Shown: one piece after another, positions 47,806 through 60,900 of the stretch | How positions within the stretch are numbered: position 1 is the first letter of the stretch | How the letters are laid out: every line of letters starts with the position of its first letter | Assembly: GCA_958009085.1 (NCBI GenBank) | Contig: OY253668.1 | Span: 1,984,001-2,048,000, forward strand | Direction of reading: 5' to 3' | Length of the DNA stretch: 64,000 nucleotides | Source: Protoeuglena noctilucae | Lineage: Eukaryota | Position numbers and translations under genes: made by a program | Notes under the pieces: model-generated | What the model was told of the DNA's origin: nothing | Databases searched by the model: none | Seen by the model: the letters and a program-made list of their open reading frames with translations, nothing else

Positions 47806-50800
47806 TCACGCGGCGGGGAAGAACATTTTGGTGGCGATGCGGGTGAGGAAGGAGAGGGGCCAGGAGGCGGCGGCGATGGCGATGTTGATGCCCCATTCGG
47901 TCTTGCTGCGGGGGCGGGAGGAGATGATTGCGTCGCGGGGCGGTTGGCGGGTGACATAGGGCGGGAGACACGTGAGGGTGCGTCGCATGGCATGGCCACG
48001 CATGACCCATGACGATCGCCCATATGCATGCACCCCAATGCATGGCCCATGAATGCATGGCCCATATGCATGGCCCATCCCAAGACTGCCTGTCCCCTCC
48101 CATCGCAACTGCGAACTCACTTGAGTGGCGTGATGACGAAGAAGGTCCCGACGGGCGTGAGCATGAAGATGAGCTGCAGCCCCGTGGTGACGATCATGAC
48201 GCCCAGGAAGATGTGGTTGGTGAAGATGCCGTCAAAGACGTTGATCTCGTCGTCAATCTTGCGCGCGTTCACCTCGTTGAAGAGCTGCAGGAAGATGAAG
48301 GTGTTGAAGACCATCGTGTTGACGTGGGACTCCTGTGCGGTCTGCCACTCCGTGAACACCAGCTCCGTCATCTGACGGTTGTGCGCGTAGTTGCCGCCGG
48401 GAAGAGCACCGTCGGGCAGGCGCAGGCACCCGGAGGGGTGCACGGGCCACCGGTAGGAGCGGCCGGTGTACTCGCGGTCAATCAGCAGCGCGCTCTTGAG
48501 CTCCCCCCGCGAGTAGGAGGCGGCGGTGAGGTAAGAGGAGAGGGTCTGGTCCTGCAGCACGCTCGACGTCACGCGGTCGTCCAGCTGCGGAGGGGTGAGG
48601 GGTTGAGGGAGTGGGTGAGGGGGTTGGGGGGGTGTCAGATGATGGAGCGACGGGGATTTGTGACGGAGAGAGGGTGAGTTGCCGACAGGCAGATGGTCGC
48701 AGCCACCGTTGCTCATGCATCGACGCAGCGCACCCCCCCACACACAGCACTCTGCCATCACACACACTTGCAGTGACCACCACCCCCGCACCCCCACTAC
48801 CCCCCCACCCCATCGCCCCCTCACCTGGCTGGCGGTGAGGGTGCAGTCCTTGGCCCTGTAGTAGTCGTTGATCTTGGGGGGCACAAAGATCAAAAGCATG
48901 AGGGCCACGAACTGGTAGATGCCCTGGATGAAGATGTGCTTCCACATCTTTCGGCTGATCAGCGCGCTCTTGCCGTAGGGCTTGCGGTTGAGCAGCTCCT
49001 CGGTGGGCAGCTCGGTGGCCAGCGCGAGCGCCGCCATCGAGTCCATGACCAGGTTCACCCACAGCAGCTGGATGACGTTGAGGGGCGTGCCCTTCTGGGC
49101 GATGGCGGCGGAGAAGGCGATGAGCAGCGCCACGCAGTTGATGGTGAGCTGGAACTGGAGGAACTTGCGGATGGCGTCGAAGATGTTGCGGCCCCACATG
49201 ACGGCCTTGACGATCGAGTTGAAGTTGTCGTCGGTGATGACGATGTCCGAAGCCGCCTTGGCCACCATCGTCCCCGCGATGCCCATCGCCAGCCCCACCG
49301 ACGCCTCCTTCAGAGCGGGCGCGTCGTTCGTCCCGTCGCCCGTCACGGCCACGATGTCCCCGCGCCTCTCCATCAGGAACTTGACCAGGCGTTTCTTGTC
49401 TTTGGGTTTCGATCGCGCCAGCACCTGCAGCCGGTCGATAACCTTGTCCAGCTCCTCGTCGGGCATCTCCCGGAACTCGTCCCCGTCCATCACCACCCCG
49501 TCTCCAAACAGGATCCCGCACTCGCGAGCGATGTACGTGGCCGTCAGCTGGTTGTCCCCCGTCACCATGCGCACCGTGATGCCCGCGCGGCGGCACTGGG
49601 CCACGGCGTGGGGGACCTCCTGGGGGGATGGGAGAGGGGGGGGAGGGGGGTTGGGGGTGTGGGGTGGAGGTAGCTGTATGGGGTGTGGGTGTGCAAGCGG
49701 TTGCGTGCAAGCAGGTGCGCGCCACCCAAGTCATGAACTGCGCTTGCAGAACATACAGCCCCCGCCCCGTGCAACCCCCCCCTCTGCTCGCCTTCCTGAC
49801 CGGGTCCTTGATCCCCACCACCGCGCACAGCACGGGGTCCCTCAGGGGCGGCTCCTCAAAGTCGTCGTCTTTCAGCGTCCCCGGCAGGTCGCAATAGGTC
49901 ATGGCCAGGCAGCGCAGGCCGCGGGACGCCATCTCCTTCGCCACCTCCGTCGCTTCCTTCACCAGATCGCCCGACATCTGGGAGGGGGTGGGGGGTGGGT
50001 GAGTGGGTCGGTGTCACACACACACACACACACACACACCGAGCTTTCGACTGAGTCAGCACAGCACAAGTCATGTCACCACTGCCGCACTCGCGCCACT
50101 GCTGGCCCTTACCAACCAATTTACCCAGCCTCACACCACATTACACTGCACCGTCACACTGCACCCCCTCTTCCGCACCGCAACCCCCACCGTCGCATCG
50201 CACACCACCCCCGACCCACCCACCCCCCCACCTAAGCCTCCAACTCACCGCCACGACCTTCCCCTCCAGCGTGGTGGCGTGCGTGCACTCCTCGATGACC
50301 CAGTCCCACGCGCCCTTGGTGAACATGCGGTAGCCCTGCCCGTGCCGGAACACGGCGTGCGACATCTTGGTCGCCGAGCTGAAGATGTACTTGCGGTGCA
50401 ATGGGTGTTTCTGGCGCATCTGCCGGTAGTCGACTCCCCACTGGTCGGCCAGCAGCAGGAAGGCCTGCTCGGTCGCGTTGCCCCCCGCAAACACGGGCTT
50501 CTTCGTCACTTCGTCAATGGTCTTGAAGCACTCGGAGTTGAGCGTGGCGTTTAAGTAGATGAGCTCCGACTGGTCCTTGCGCAGGGCGTCCATGCGGGGG
50601 GTCTGCTTGTAGTGCTTGCCAAAGAAGTAGCCCTGGGGGGGGAGGGGGGGGGGGGGGGGGGGGGGGTGTGGGTGGGTGAGGGTCGGGGTGGCAGTGGGGG
50701 TGGCAGTCGTTCATCTATGTCACTTCTTATCGTCATAACATCCAATCGTATTCATCCTCATCCACCACCACCAGCTCTCACCTCCACGATGGTCATCTGG

Positions 50801-53800
50801 TTCTCTGTCAGCGTCTCCCTCTAATCATCATTTATCATTCACATCCACCACTCATCTCACCTCGACAATCGTCATCTGGTTCTCCGTCAGCGTCCCCGTC
50901 TTGTCGGAGCAGATGGCCATGGCGCCGCCCATGGTCTCGCAGGACGCCAGCACGCGCACGAAGATCTTGTCGGTGAGCATCTTGCGCATCGAGTACGCGA
51001 GCGCGATCGTCACCGCCTGCGGGGGAGGAGAGGGGATTGGGTGAGGGGTGGGGAGCGTGGGGCTGGCAGGGATGGGTTTGGACTGGCACGCTGTTGAGAG
51101 ATCGGTCGGTCGGTCGTGTTTCCAACAATACACAGGCAGCCTCAATGTGCACACAATGCAGTCACGCTGCGGGCCTGATCAGTGCACCTGCTCCACCCCT
51201 GCTACCTCACCCCCACCCCATACCCCTAACCACCCTCACCAGGGGCAGCCCCTCGGGCACGGCCACGACGACGATGGTGACGGCGAAGAGGAAGTAGTTG
51301 AGGACGTCGGTGCCGTGCTGGGCGTAGGCGCCATTGCGGTACAGCACCAGCCACTCAATCGTCAGCACCACGAAGCACACCGCGCCCACCGCCATGCCCA
51401 GCTTGCCGATCGCCGCGGCAAGGTCCGCCAGCTTGATCTGGAGCTCTGCGGGGGAAGGGGAGAGGCGACGGGGGTGATGTTATTGCAAGCGCGTGTATGT
51501 GCGACCGTCTGCCGCCATTCACCCAGCAATCTCCACCCCCCGTTCGCTTCCCTCGCTTGCTCGAACTCAAAGCGACACCGTTGTTCACCCCAGTCCCACC
51601 CTCATGCGCACATGTACCACCCTTTCACATCCCCCACCCAACCCACCCCACCCCCCCACCCCACCCCCCCACAACCCCACCCCACCCCCACCCTCTCACC
51701 CGTGTCCGGCGCCTCCCCCATGACATCCTCGAGGGTCTTGCCGTAGAAGGACTGCTCCCCCACAGCCGTCACCACCATAGTCCCCGACCCCTCGACAATG
51801 TACGACCCCGAAATGAGGTAGGGCTCCTGCTCCCCCTTCATGATGGGCTCGGACTCTCCGGTGACCGACGACTCGTTGGCCTTCAGTTTGAATCCCTGGA
51901 CGAAGAAGCCGTCCGCCACCACGGCGTTGCCCGCCTCGAGCTTGAGCACATCCCCGACGACCACGTCCACGTTCTTGATCACCTCCTCCTTCCCTGCAGT
52001 TGCGTGGGAGAGAGGAAGAGGGTGGGGATAAGAGGGGCGAGGCACAGAAGGCATGGCATGAGGTGCACCCTTGGGAGGGCATCAAGAATAACGCCATGGG
52101 CGGGGTGGGGTGGGTGGGGTTGGCATTTCGTAGCAATCATACACAATCATGCACAGCTAGTGTATGAAGAGCCTTCCTTTGTCACCCCAGCCCCTCCAGC
52201 CACGCCCCGTCCCGCCCACCACCCCTCTATCACACACCCACCACCTCTCACCTCCCCGCATGACCGTCACGTCGAACACCTCCCGCTCCGAGTTGAGCTT
52301 CCGGAACTGCTTGTCCTTCGAGTAGTCGTTCCCCGCGCCCACCGTCGACACCACCAGCACCGCCACCCAGATCGCCACCCCCTCCACCCAGCCCCCCTGC
52401 GCCCGCTCCTCCGGGATCGTCACCCCCAGCACCGTCGACACCAGCGCCGCCAGGCACAGCAGGACCAGCATCGGGTCCTGCAACACCTCGAACAGCAGGC
52501 CGAAGAACGTCTTGGGAGGCACCTCCTTGTACCGATTGGGGCCGAAGTCCTCGCGGCGTATCCCCACCGAATCCATCGACAGACCCACCGATAGGTCCTC
52601 CACCCCCAGCTTCTGGCCCAGGCCCGCGACGCCTCCCAGCTCCTGCAAACGAGCGAGCGGGGGCGCTGGGCGCGAGCAACGCCCCCCCTCCTGTTTCTCC
52701 CAATTGGCGTACCGACCCTCGGCGCACCGACCACTGGCCCGGCCCCGATTCGGCGCGGAAGCCCCACCTTGAGGCGCTGGTGCATCTTCTGCTTCATGTT
52801 AGCCGCCTCCGCCTGCTCCTCCTGACTCAGCGGCTGCGCCGCGGCCCCGCCGTTCTCCTCGCCCTCGCCCCCCATGTGGGCCTTCTTGTGGCCCGTGCCC
52901 CCGGCCTTGACGGCGATCTGCGCACGCGGAGGCGGCAGAGCGATGCGTCAGGCGAGCGCCGGAGCGCGGCGGGGTCCGTCGCGGGGAGGGACGGCCGCGC
53001 GGGGCCATTTTGGGCGGCCGGGGGAGGCGCAGGCACCCGCGCGGGCGCTGGGAGGAGCGCGAGGCGGCTGCGGGACATCGCGCGCGCCAAGAGGAAACCG
53101 GAAGCCGCGCATCACTCCGAGAACGCGGCGGGAGCGACGCGGCGGGGCGCGGGGGCACGAGGTCAACGCGGCGAGCTGAGCCCGGCGAGGTCAGCGGAGC
53201 CAGGTCGTTTCCGGCCATGAGGGATCCGCGATAGCAGCCTCGCTTGGTATGAAACCGGGAGGAAACGCCACCCTCCGGTTTCGAGCCCGCCAGGCGCCGG
53301 GGTGGGGGCCCCAGTGCTCGGCACATGTTTGGACGCGGGCAGCGCGCGAACAGTGGCGGGAAGGGCAGAGAAGGCAGCGCCTGCTCACTCAAACGCCGAC
53401 AACAAAGGGAGAGGCGGCGGCCATGGCCTGCGAGGGACCATCGCGAGCCCCGGGCGAGTCGGCCCTGAAAGGGCCGGGACCAGACCCGCCCGGGGATCTC
53501 TGGACCCCGTAGTGGGCGCGACGGATGTAATATAACGGATTTCGCCGGGACAAAGGGTCTCCCAGGGCCTGCCGAGCCCGGAAGAACGCCCCCCCGACCA
53601 TCTCCCCGGCAACGCCGGCCCTGGCCGCCATGCCGAGCGCGGAACGCGATCAAAGGCAATGACAGCAGCTTCGAAACGCGCGCCGGCCCCGCGACGGCCA
53701 AGCATGCGGACATGTCACCCGAACTGCGCCCACCAGTCCCGAGCCATCACTCACGTCGTTCAGCTCATCGAGCTCCTCCCGCGTAATGCCGTAATGGCCC

Positions 53801-53832
53801 TGCAGGGCTGGCCGAGCCTCCCCCTCCGCCAT
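47806..53832 (-). CDS. P-type IIB (PMCA/ACA-like) Ca2+-transporting ATPase; multi-exon
   Basis: [44 protein letters not shown] (phosphorylated Asp), [40 protein letters not shown] and [11 protein letters not shown]. Confidence 0.95.
50015..50039. repeat. (CA)n microsatellite in a Ca2+-ATPase intron
   Basis: About 12 CA units. Confidence 0.9.
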
Positions 53833-54676
53833 CGCCCCACCCCCTGCGGGCCACGCGCGGGTGCCCGGGACGGGTGGGCAGCGATATCGCGCGGGTGGCC
53901 ACGGTACCGGGCTCGAGGAGCGGCGTCGCGACGCCTGGGAATCGCCCGGCTATCGGTCTCAGGGAAAAACCAAGCAATCCACGGGCCTTGGCGACAACCG
54001 GCGGCACCCCCGCGCCATAATCCACAAACCTAAGCGCGGGGCAGGTCCGAGGGGGCGGGAAAGGGGGGCAACTCCCGCGGCTCCCCCGTGTCAGAAAAAC
54101 CTTCACCTCGCGGGCCGAGCTCGACGTCGCCTCCGGGAGATTGGACGGACCAGCCGCTTTCCAAACTCGCGTACTGCTGCCGGGGATGCGAACGCGCCCT
54201 GAGGACGTGCATGGCTGTGCTCCCCTGTGACACGGTCGCAGGCTCCCAGCGACGGGCAGCACCCCGGCCTGCAGCGCCGCTGGGCCTCCCTGGTCAAGTC
54301 CGCACCCTGAGCGACGATGCGACAAGGCAACGCACGGGCACCGGGACGCCGGATGCGCCGGACTACGCGGCTAAGCCGGGGGCAAGCTCACGCTTGCCGG
54401 GCCTGCGAGCTAGGGGCCCTCTCGCGGGCGCAGCGCTCGGCGATGGACAGGGCAGGGTGCAGACTGCGGGTGACAGCCACCCATCGGGGCGAATACACGC
54501 GCTGCTGCCGGCACTGGGTCTTCTGACAGCAGCTGGCAAGAGCGGGCGCCAGCCCGCTCGGTTCTCCGCTCTGCTGTCCGTCCAGCGGCGCCCAGACGCT
54601 GTCACCCTCGCAACAGTGGCCAGGGCCCCCCACAGTCTTCGCTTTACCCACTCCTGCGTCCCGTCAAACATCAAAC

Positions 54677-55522
54677 ATGGGCGGTGGTGTCACCCGGAAG
54701 CTCTTCGGGCTCCCCCTGCCCGTCGAGGCCATGCCCGTTGTTCTCATCACGGCGGCCGCCGTTGGCCTCTCGACCTTCTCCCTTGGCCGGTGAGGGCCGG
54801 TTCGGAGGAACCGCTGGCTGCCTGGGCAAATTGGGGCGTCCCCCGACGCCATTGCGGCGCTGACGCAAAGCTAGCATGCTATTCTGTGGAATTCCCGTCC
54901 CGGAGACCGCGGGGTGTAGGGACGGGGCGCAGGGACGGGCCAGACACCCCCGAGCAGGATTGCGCCTTGCCGGGGGCCCGTGCCTGCTCCCCACGCTCTC
55001 ATGCGCTCCGTTGTGTCAATAAATGTTCTCGCGGAGCGCGAGGGGAGCCATCCGCGCCCTCGGAGCGCCCTTGCCGCTCTCTTAGAATCCTCAGCGGGCG
55101 CTCTCCGGCCCCCGCTCGGCCCCCACTGCACGCCTTGCATCTCCGAAGCACTCATTAAGCGACCCGCTCGCCCTTGTGCTCAGCCTGGCCATGGCGGGGC
55201 CGGACGTCGAGTGGAGCAAGCAGCGTCGTGGCTCCGCGTTCTCCACGAAGCGGGAGCTCAAGGTGAGGGGCCTGCCCGGTTCTTGACTGGACGAATGTGC
55301 TTGCGTACCACCCGGACGCGCCGGCGAGGCCCCGCGGCGCTGCACAGCTCGACGCTTCGGTCGAGCACGCGTCAGGCGCGCTGAACGCCGCGGACCGGTC
55401 CGCGTGGTCCGCAGGAGGGCGTAGCTTGGAAGAGCCACCCGCTGCGCGACCTCTCCGGGCGGAACCCCGAGATCTACCCCGGGCTGAACCGGATGTTCAC
55501 GTCCGGCGAGCGCCCCTACTGA
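54677..55522 (+). CDS. B12D / NDUFA4 (MLRQ)-like small mitochondrial membrane protein; 3 exons (54677-54789, 55184-55262, 55415-55522)
   Basis: Spliced translation MGGGVTRKLFGLPLPVEAMPVVLITAAAVGLSTFSLGRLAMAGPDVEWSKQRRGSAFSTKRELKEGVAWKSHPLRDLSGRNPEIYPGLNRMFTSGERPY*. One TM helix, then PDVxxxKxxR and EG...H.LR...PEIxPxLN, as in plant B12D proteins. Confidence 0.85.
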
Positions 55523-56202
55523 ACCCAGGCCCAGTCGGGCAACAGAGACTCGTGCACTCGTAGTTCTTTCGCTCATTGACACTGATGGTTTGTTTTTAGG
55601 AAGTTTGGGGGCCCCAAGAATGCTGCGTGGGTGACTGCACCGCCGAAGCTGTCTTTTGAAGCAGGTTGTGAGGAAGAGGAAACCGTTTGGTCGTATATAT
55701 GTTGCTGCTTAAGAAGGCCCACCCTCCAATCACTGTGCTGTGGCCCGCCCCCGGTCAAGTCGCGCCTGCGGGCGTCTTGCTCATGATCTGGCGTCCATGT
55801 GGGTCCTGTGCCACGAGCAGGAAGCACGGATCGCAGATGTTGCTCAAGGAGCTGTCACGGGTGCTCTGTGAAAGCACTCGGAACGTTTTGCTCCCAGTCC
55901 CGGGTGCGCCTCTGGTGATCCTGGTGGTTGCCAGGGGGCTCGTGGGACGGCAGCAGAGCATCCCATGGCCCACTGTGCGCTTCCTACGATCGGCGCCGCC
56001 GCGATCGCCGGACGACGCGCGGCGCCGTCGTCAAACATCTCCGCGAGGGCCACACGCGGGCCGGAGGCGGCCGCTGCCCGCGACTGGTGAGTTCCCCGGC
56101 ATCGCGATCTCCCAATTCGTCACTTGTCGTCCGGTCTTTGCACCCGCAATGCCGCAGGCTTATCTACGCACGCGCGTAGCGGCCAAACAAATCTTCTGGT
56201 CC

Positions 56203-57660
56203 ATGTGGCGCGGCCCCCGCAGGCGCGCGACGCGCCAGGCCGGCGCGGTCCTGGCGTGCGCTCTCTCTCTGGCCCTCACGTGTGCTGCGGGACCGGCCCG
56301 AGCGGACGAGACGCAGGAGGCGCTGCGCGCGGTGCTCGCAAAGAACAGGAGTGCGCTGCAGGACTCTGCGAGTTCGAGCACGGAGATCTTCTGGGGCAAC
56401 GGGTGCTTCTGGGGGCGCCAGAAGGACTTCATCGACACGGAGCTGCGGCTGGGGAGGTCCGCGGACGCCGTTACTGCGCGGGTTGGCTACGCCGGGGGGG
56501 CGACCCCCAGCCAGCGCGTCTGCTACTACTACTCGTCCCCCGACACCGTGTACGAGAAGCTGGGCCATGCCGAGGTCGTGCAGGTGAACATTGCCTCATG
56601 CCGTGCGCAGCGGGCACGACAGAAAGAATGATGTGCACGAGAGAGATGTTCACGAGAGAATGATGTGCAATGCGCACATTGTTACTTACCGCACTTGTGA
56701 TGGCCTTGATCCCCAGGTGTCTCTGCGCAACGAGGCGGCGGAGTCTGAGCTCCGTGAGTTCGCCAAGACGTACTTCTCCCAGTTCAAGCGCACGCCCCTG
56801 GGCATGATGCGCCTGGACCCTCAGGACGTCGGGGCGGGGTACCGCAACGTCATTGGACTGCCGGGGGGGATCCGCAGCCCATTGATGAAGGTAAGGGTGG
56901 TGGTGCTGGTAGTGGTAGTTTTGCATTGCGATTGTAACTGTGGCTCGTGATTGTGGCTGTGGCTGTCTGAAGGCCTCGGGGCAGCTGTTGCACCCCATGC
57001 TGTCTCGCATTGCCCTTACTGTTCATGGCCCTGTCATGGTCATGCGTGAGACGTGCGTGCAGATTATCCAGGAGGAGAACGTCTACGGCATGGAGCTGGT
57101 GGAGGGGACGGGCAACATGTACGACAACAAGGCGAGAGGGGGAGGGGAGCCATACACACGTCGCATAGAGAAGCGCACTGTGCCAATCGCAGCGTTACTC
57201 GCCATCATATGTCAATCTGACACATCTGATACGATATCTCTGGCGTCTGCCTGGTAGCCCAAACAAGTCGTACGACTAAGCAAATGACTGCTACCCTTTT
57301 CTCGCACTCCCAGGGCCTCTCCCTGCTTGGCGGCCGTGCGAGGGAGGATGATGCGATCAACCGCGTCTATGTCATGGACACGGACAAGTTTGCATTCAAC
57401 CAGGCAGAGGTGTACCATCAGTTCCACAACGGCATTGGCAAGACTTTTCCCAGCTCTTATACACGTGACCTGAAGGTGAGTGGGGGTGGGGGTAGCAGTG
57501 TGGGTGTTGGTGGGGATGTGGGTGTGGGTGTGACATCGGGGTCTCAAGGTCAGATCGTTCAAATTTAACCCTGCTTCACCCTCACCGCTCGTGTCTGCAG
57601 GCCAAGGCTCTGGAGCGTGGGTTGATTGCCGAGACGGGCTGCCCGGAGCTGCCGTTCTGA
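56203..57660 (+). CDS. Peptide methionine sulfoxide reductase MsrA-like protein with predicted signal peptide; 5 exons
   Basis: Catalytic GNGCFWG, VGYAGG, GHAEVVQV, DPQDVGAGYR and AEVYHQ motifs, with a C-terminal Cys (TGCPE). Hydrophobic leader AVLACALSLALTCAAGPARA. Confidence 0.88.
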
Positions 57661-57944
57661 TGCAGAGAGTGCTGCAGCAGTTAGAGTAGATTTGAACCGA
57701 GTCATGACCCGATTGCTTGGGTTCAAGAGACGGGGCGTGGTACTGGCTTTTATAGCAAGCGATGGGCGCACAATGGCCACACTGGCAGCGCACACGCCTC
57801 TTTAGCATGGCATCGACAGCATCGCCGGTATCCCCTCAGCGCAAGCGAGTTCCCCAACCATCCACTCCCCACTCTCACAGCCGCCGTATGCCCCAACACT
57901 CGTGACACCCGTCGCTCTCTCCCCCGCTCACTCACGCCGTGCTC

Positions 57945-60900
57945 TTAGTGCCCTGCCCCACCTTGGCTTCCTTCATTCCGAGGACCTTGAGGAGGAAGGC
58001 GTACTCGAGGGCAGTCTCGCGGAGCTTGTCGAACCGGCCACTCTTGCTGCGAGCAGGACGGGGTTGTGGCGTGCAAACACTATGCCTCTACCTCAGTCTT
58101 ACGACTGACTACTGACTGCTACAGTATTACAAACTGTTACACTGCTACAATCGCCCGTGTTGTACCTCAGCCCATGCTATCAGAGAGCCTTCCCTGTCGC
58201 TGTGTCGCTGTCTCTGGTCTCACTGACTGTCAGTCACCTGAAGTGCCCCGCCCCCATGTCCACCTTCATCAGCAGCAGGTTGTCCCCCTGCTTGGCGGCC
58301 CTCAGCTTGGCGCAGAGCTTGGCGGGCTCCCAGTACGCCACGCGGGGGTCCCAGAGACCGGCCGTGATGAGGATGTGGGGGTAGGCCTGGGGAGTGACTG
58401 CGGGAGAGGGGTGGGGGGATGAGGATGTGATGGGTGACGAGGGTGTGGGGGTAGACCTGGGGAGTGACTGCGATGGGATGGGTGGGGGGATGAGGATGTG
58501 GGGGTAGAGGTGAATATGGGGCTGCATCTCCCTCACACTGTTGTCCACAGGCGAGTGAGTCTTGATCAACCAACACCACCCCTCATGTCCCATCTCCCAA
58601 CTCACCATTATCCACCGGCGAGTAGCTCTTCATCAGTTGGTAGTACTCCTCGTCCTTTAAGGGGTTGCCCCACTCGTCCCATTCGATCTCCGTAAGTGGA
58701 ATACTGGGATCCATCATGGTCGTCAGCACGTCCACGAATGGCACGCCCATGATCACAGCACGAAACAGGTCGGGGCGCATGTTGACGGTGGCACCCATGG
58801 TCAGCCCCCCAGCCGAGCGGCCGCTGATGCAGAGGGTGGAGGGGGAGGTGAGGCCGGAGGAGACGAGGTGCTCGGCGCAGGCGATCTGGGGAGGGAAGGG
58901 GGGATGTAATAGAGATGGGACGTGGTGATGGGTGGGGGTGCGACCGGGGCGCAGTGTGATGGCAGACAGCAAGGTGAGATGTGCGGTTTCACTCAATCAC
59001 TCTCATCCATTCCCTCACCAGGTCCGTGAACGTGTTGGTCTTCTTTTTGAACTTCCCGTCCTCATACCACCGCCTCCCCATCTCCCCACCGCCCCTCACG
59101 TGCGCGATGCCAAATGACACCCCCCGATCCAGCAGCGACAGCAGATTCGACTGGAAGTAGGCGTCGTTGGGGATCTCGTAAGCGCCATATGCGTCCAGCA
59201 GCATCGGGGCTGGCTGGGGCGCGTCTTTGCGACGGACGATGGAGATGGGGACGCGCGTGTTATCGGGGGCCGTGGCCCAGAGGCGAGAGGTCTCGTAGTG
59301 AGAGGAGTCGAAAGGGCCCCTGGGGGTGGGGGGATGTAGGGGAGTGGTGGGGGCTTGTGGGGGTGTAGGGGTAAGACAGGTGGGAGAGGTGGTGAGGGTG
59401 GTGGTGGGTTGCAAGTGGGGTGCAAGTGGGGAAAAGGGGGATGTGGAGAGTGTGTGGGTGTGAGGAAATGCGTGGGTAAGAGAGGTGGTCGCTTCAACAA
59501 ACATCATGCTCATTTGCGACCACTCACTTGACCGGCGTGACCTTCTTGACCACCTGCCTCATGCTGCCCATGTCGAGATCAATGGCAGAGGCGGGCGTGG
59601 TGAGGGACGTGTAGGCCAGCCGCAGCACGGGGCTGTCCCAGTCGCCCTTGGCCCCCGTCGTGAGCTCATAGGATGGTTCTCGAAATTCGGCGCGTCGGCC
59701 CTGGTGCAGGGACCGGACGGGCTGGCCGGGGGGCGGGAGGTCGAACACGGTGGCGGACTGGGGGGGGGGGGGGGGGGGGGGTTGGGGGGAGGTGGTGGGG
59801 GTGAGGGGGGGGTGCGAGAGTGTGAGAGGGAGAGAGGTGGTGAGGGTGGTGGTGAGGGGGAGTGCGATAGTGACGGTGGGAGAGGAGAGACGGGTGTGAA
59901 TTGTGTCCCCGAGCAGTGCCCTCATTTACAGCCCACTCCATGCTCCCATGCGCATGGCTGTCGATGCTTAGCCACAGATGCTATCACTGCCCCTCCCTCA
60001 CCTGCAGCCCGTCGATGCGTTCCATGGCCACCATGTGCGCCTTGGCCACCACCACCTCCTCCAGCTTCACATCCGCGCGGTGGGGCAGCAGCACAGTCGT
60101 GGATGTCGGGTCACTCAGGGGGGCCACCAGCAGCTCCGAGTTGAACTGAGGTCGACAGGTGGCAAGGGGGAATGAGATGTGCAGTATGCGGTGAATTCAG
60201 TGTTGAAGTGTTGAGTAAATGCATGGCGTAGATCCGCACCCACACTGCTACCCCCACCCACACCCATACCCCCACCCACACCCCCACTGCTACCCCCACC
60301 CCCACCCACATCCATACCCACACTGCTACCTACACTGCTACCCCCACTCACACACCCATCCAACACCCCCACCCCCACTAACACCCCCCCCTCCCCACCC
60401 CCTCACCCTCTCGTCATCCCGAATAGTGATGAAGAGGTCCTGGTCGCGGAACGCCACCCCATACTCCACCCCGTACTTCCTGGGCAGCACCGTTCGGAAC
60501 TCCCCCGTGGGATTGTCTGCTTTTAGTATCCTCTCCTCGCTCGTCACGGCTGAGCCCGTGTGGATGACGACGTGGGAGCCGCACCAGGAGCGACTCACGC
60601 CCACGTAGAACTGGCCGTCCGTCTCGTGGTACACGCACACGTCCTGGAGAGAGTGGATGGAGAGAGATTGAGACTAGCGAAAGGAAGGTGCAATGGGCGT
60701 GCACGGCCAGTCTCTGGTGCAGCTACCACCTACCATCTATCGTCATCACTGTGCGTCGCCCTCACCCACACACTATCAAGCGCAACTCCCCCCCCCCAGT
60801 CCCCCTCCCCTCGCCTGTTCCGGTTCCGTCCCCACCACGTGCCTCCAGACCTTCTCCGGCCGGTCGAGCTTGTCCTTGGTGACGTAGAACAGCGTGCGGT

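Noticed and set aside
48936..50235. Long plus-strand ORFs opposite the Ca2+-ATPase
   Set aside because: These are antisense frames kept open by high GC3 codon bias.
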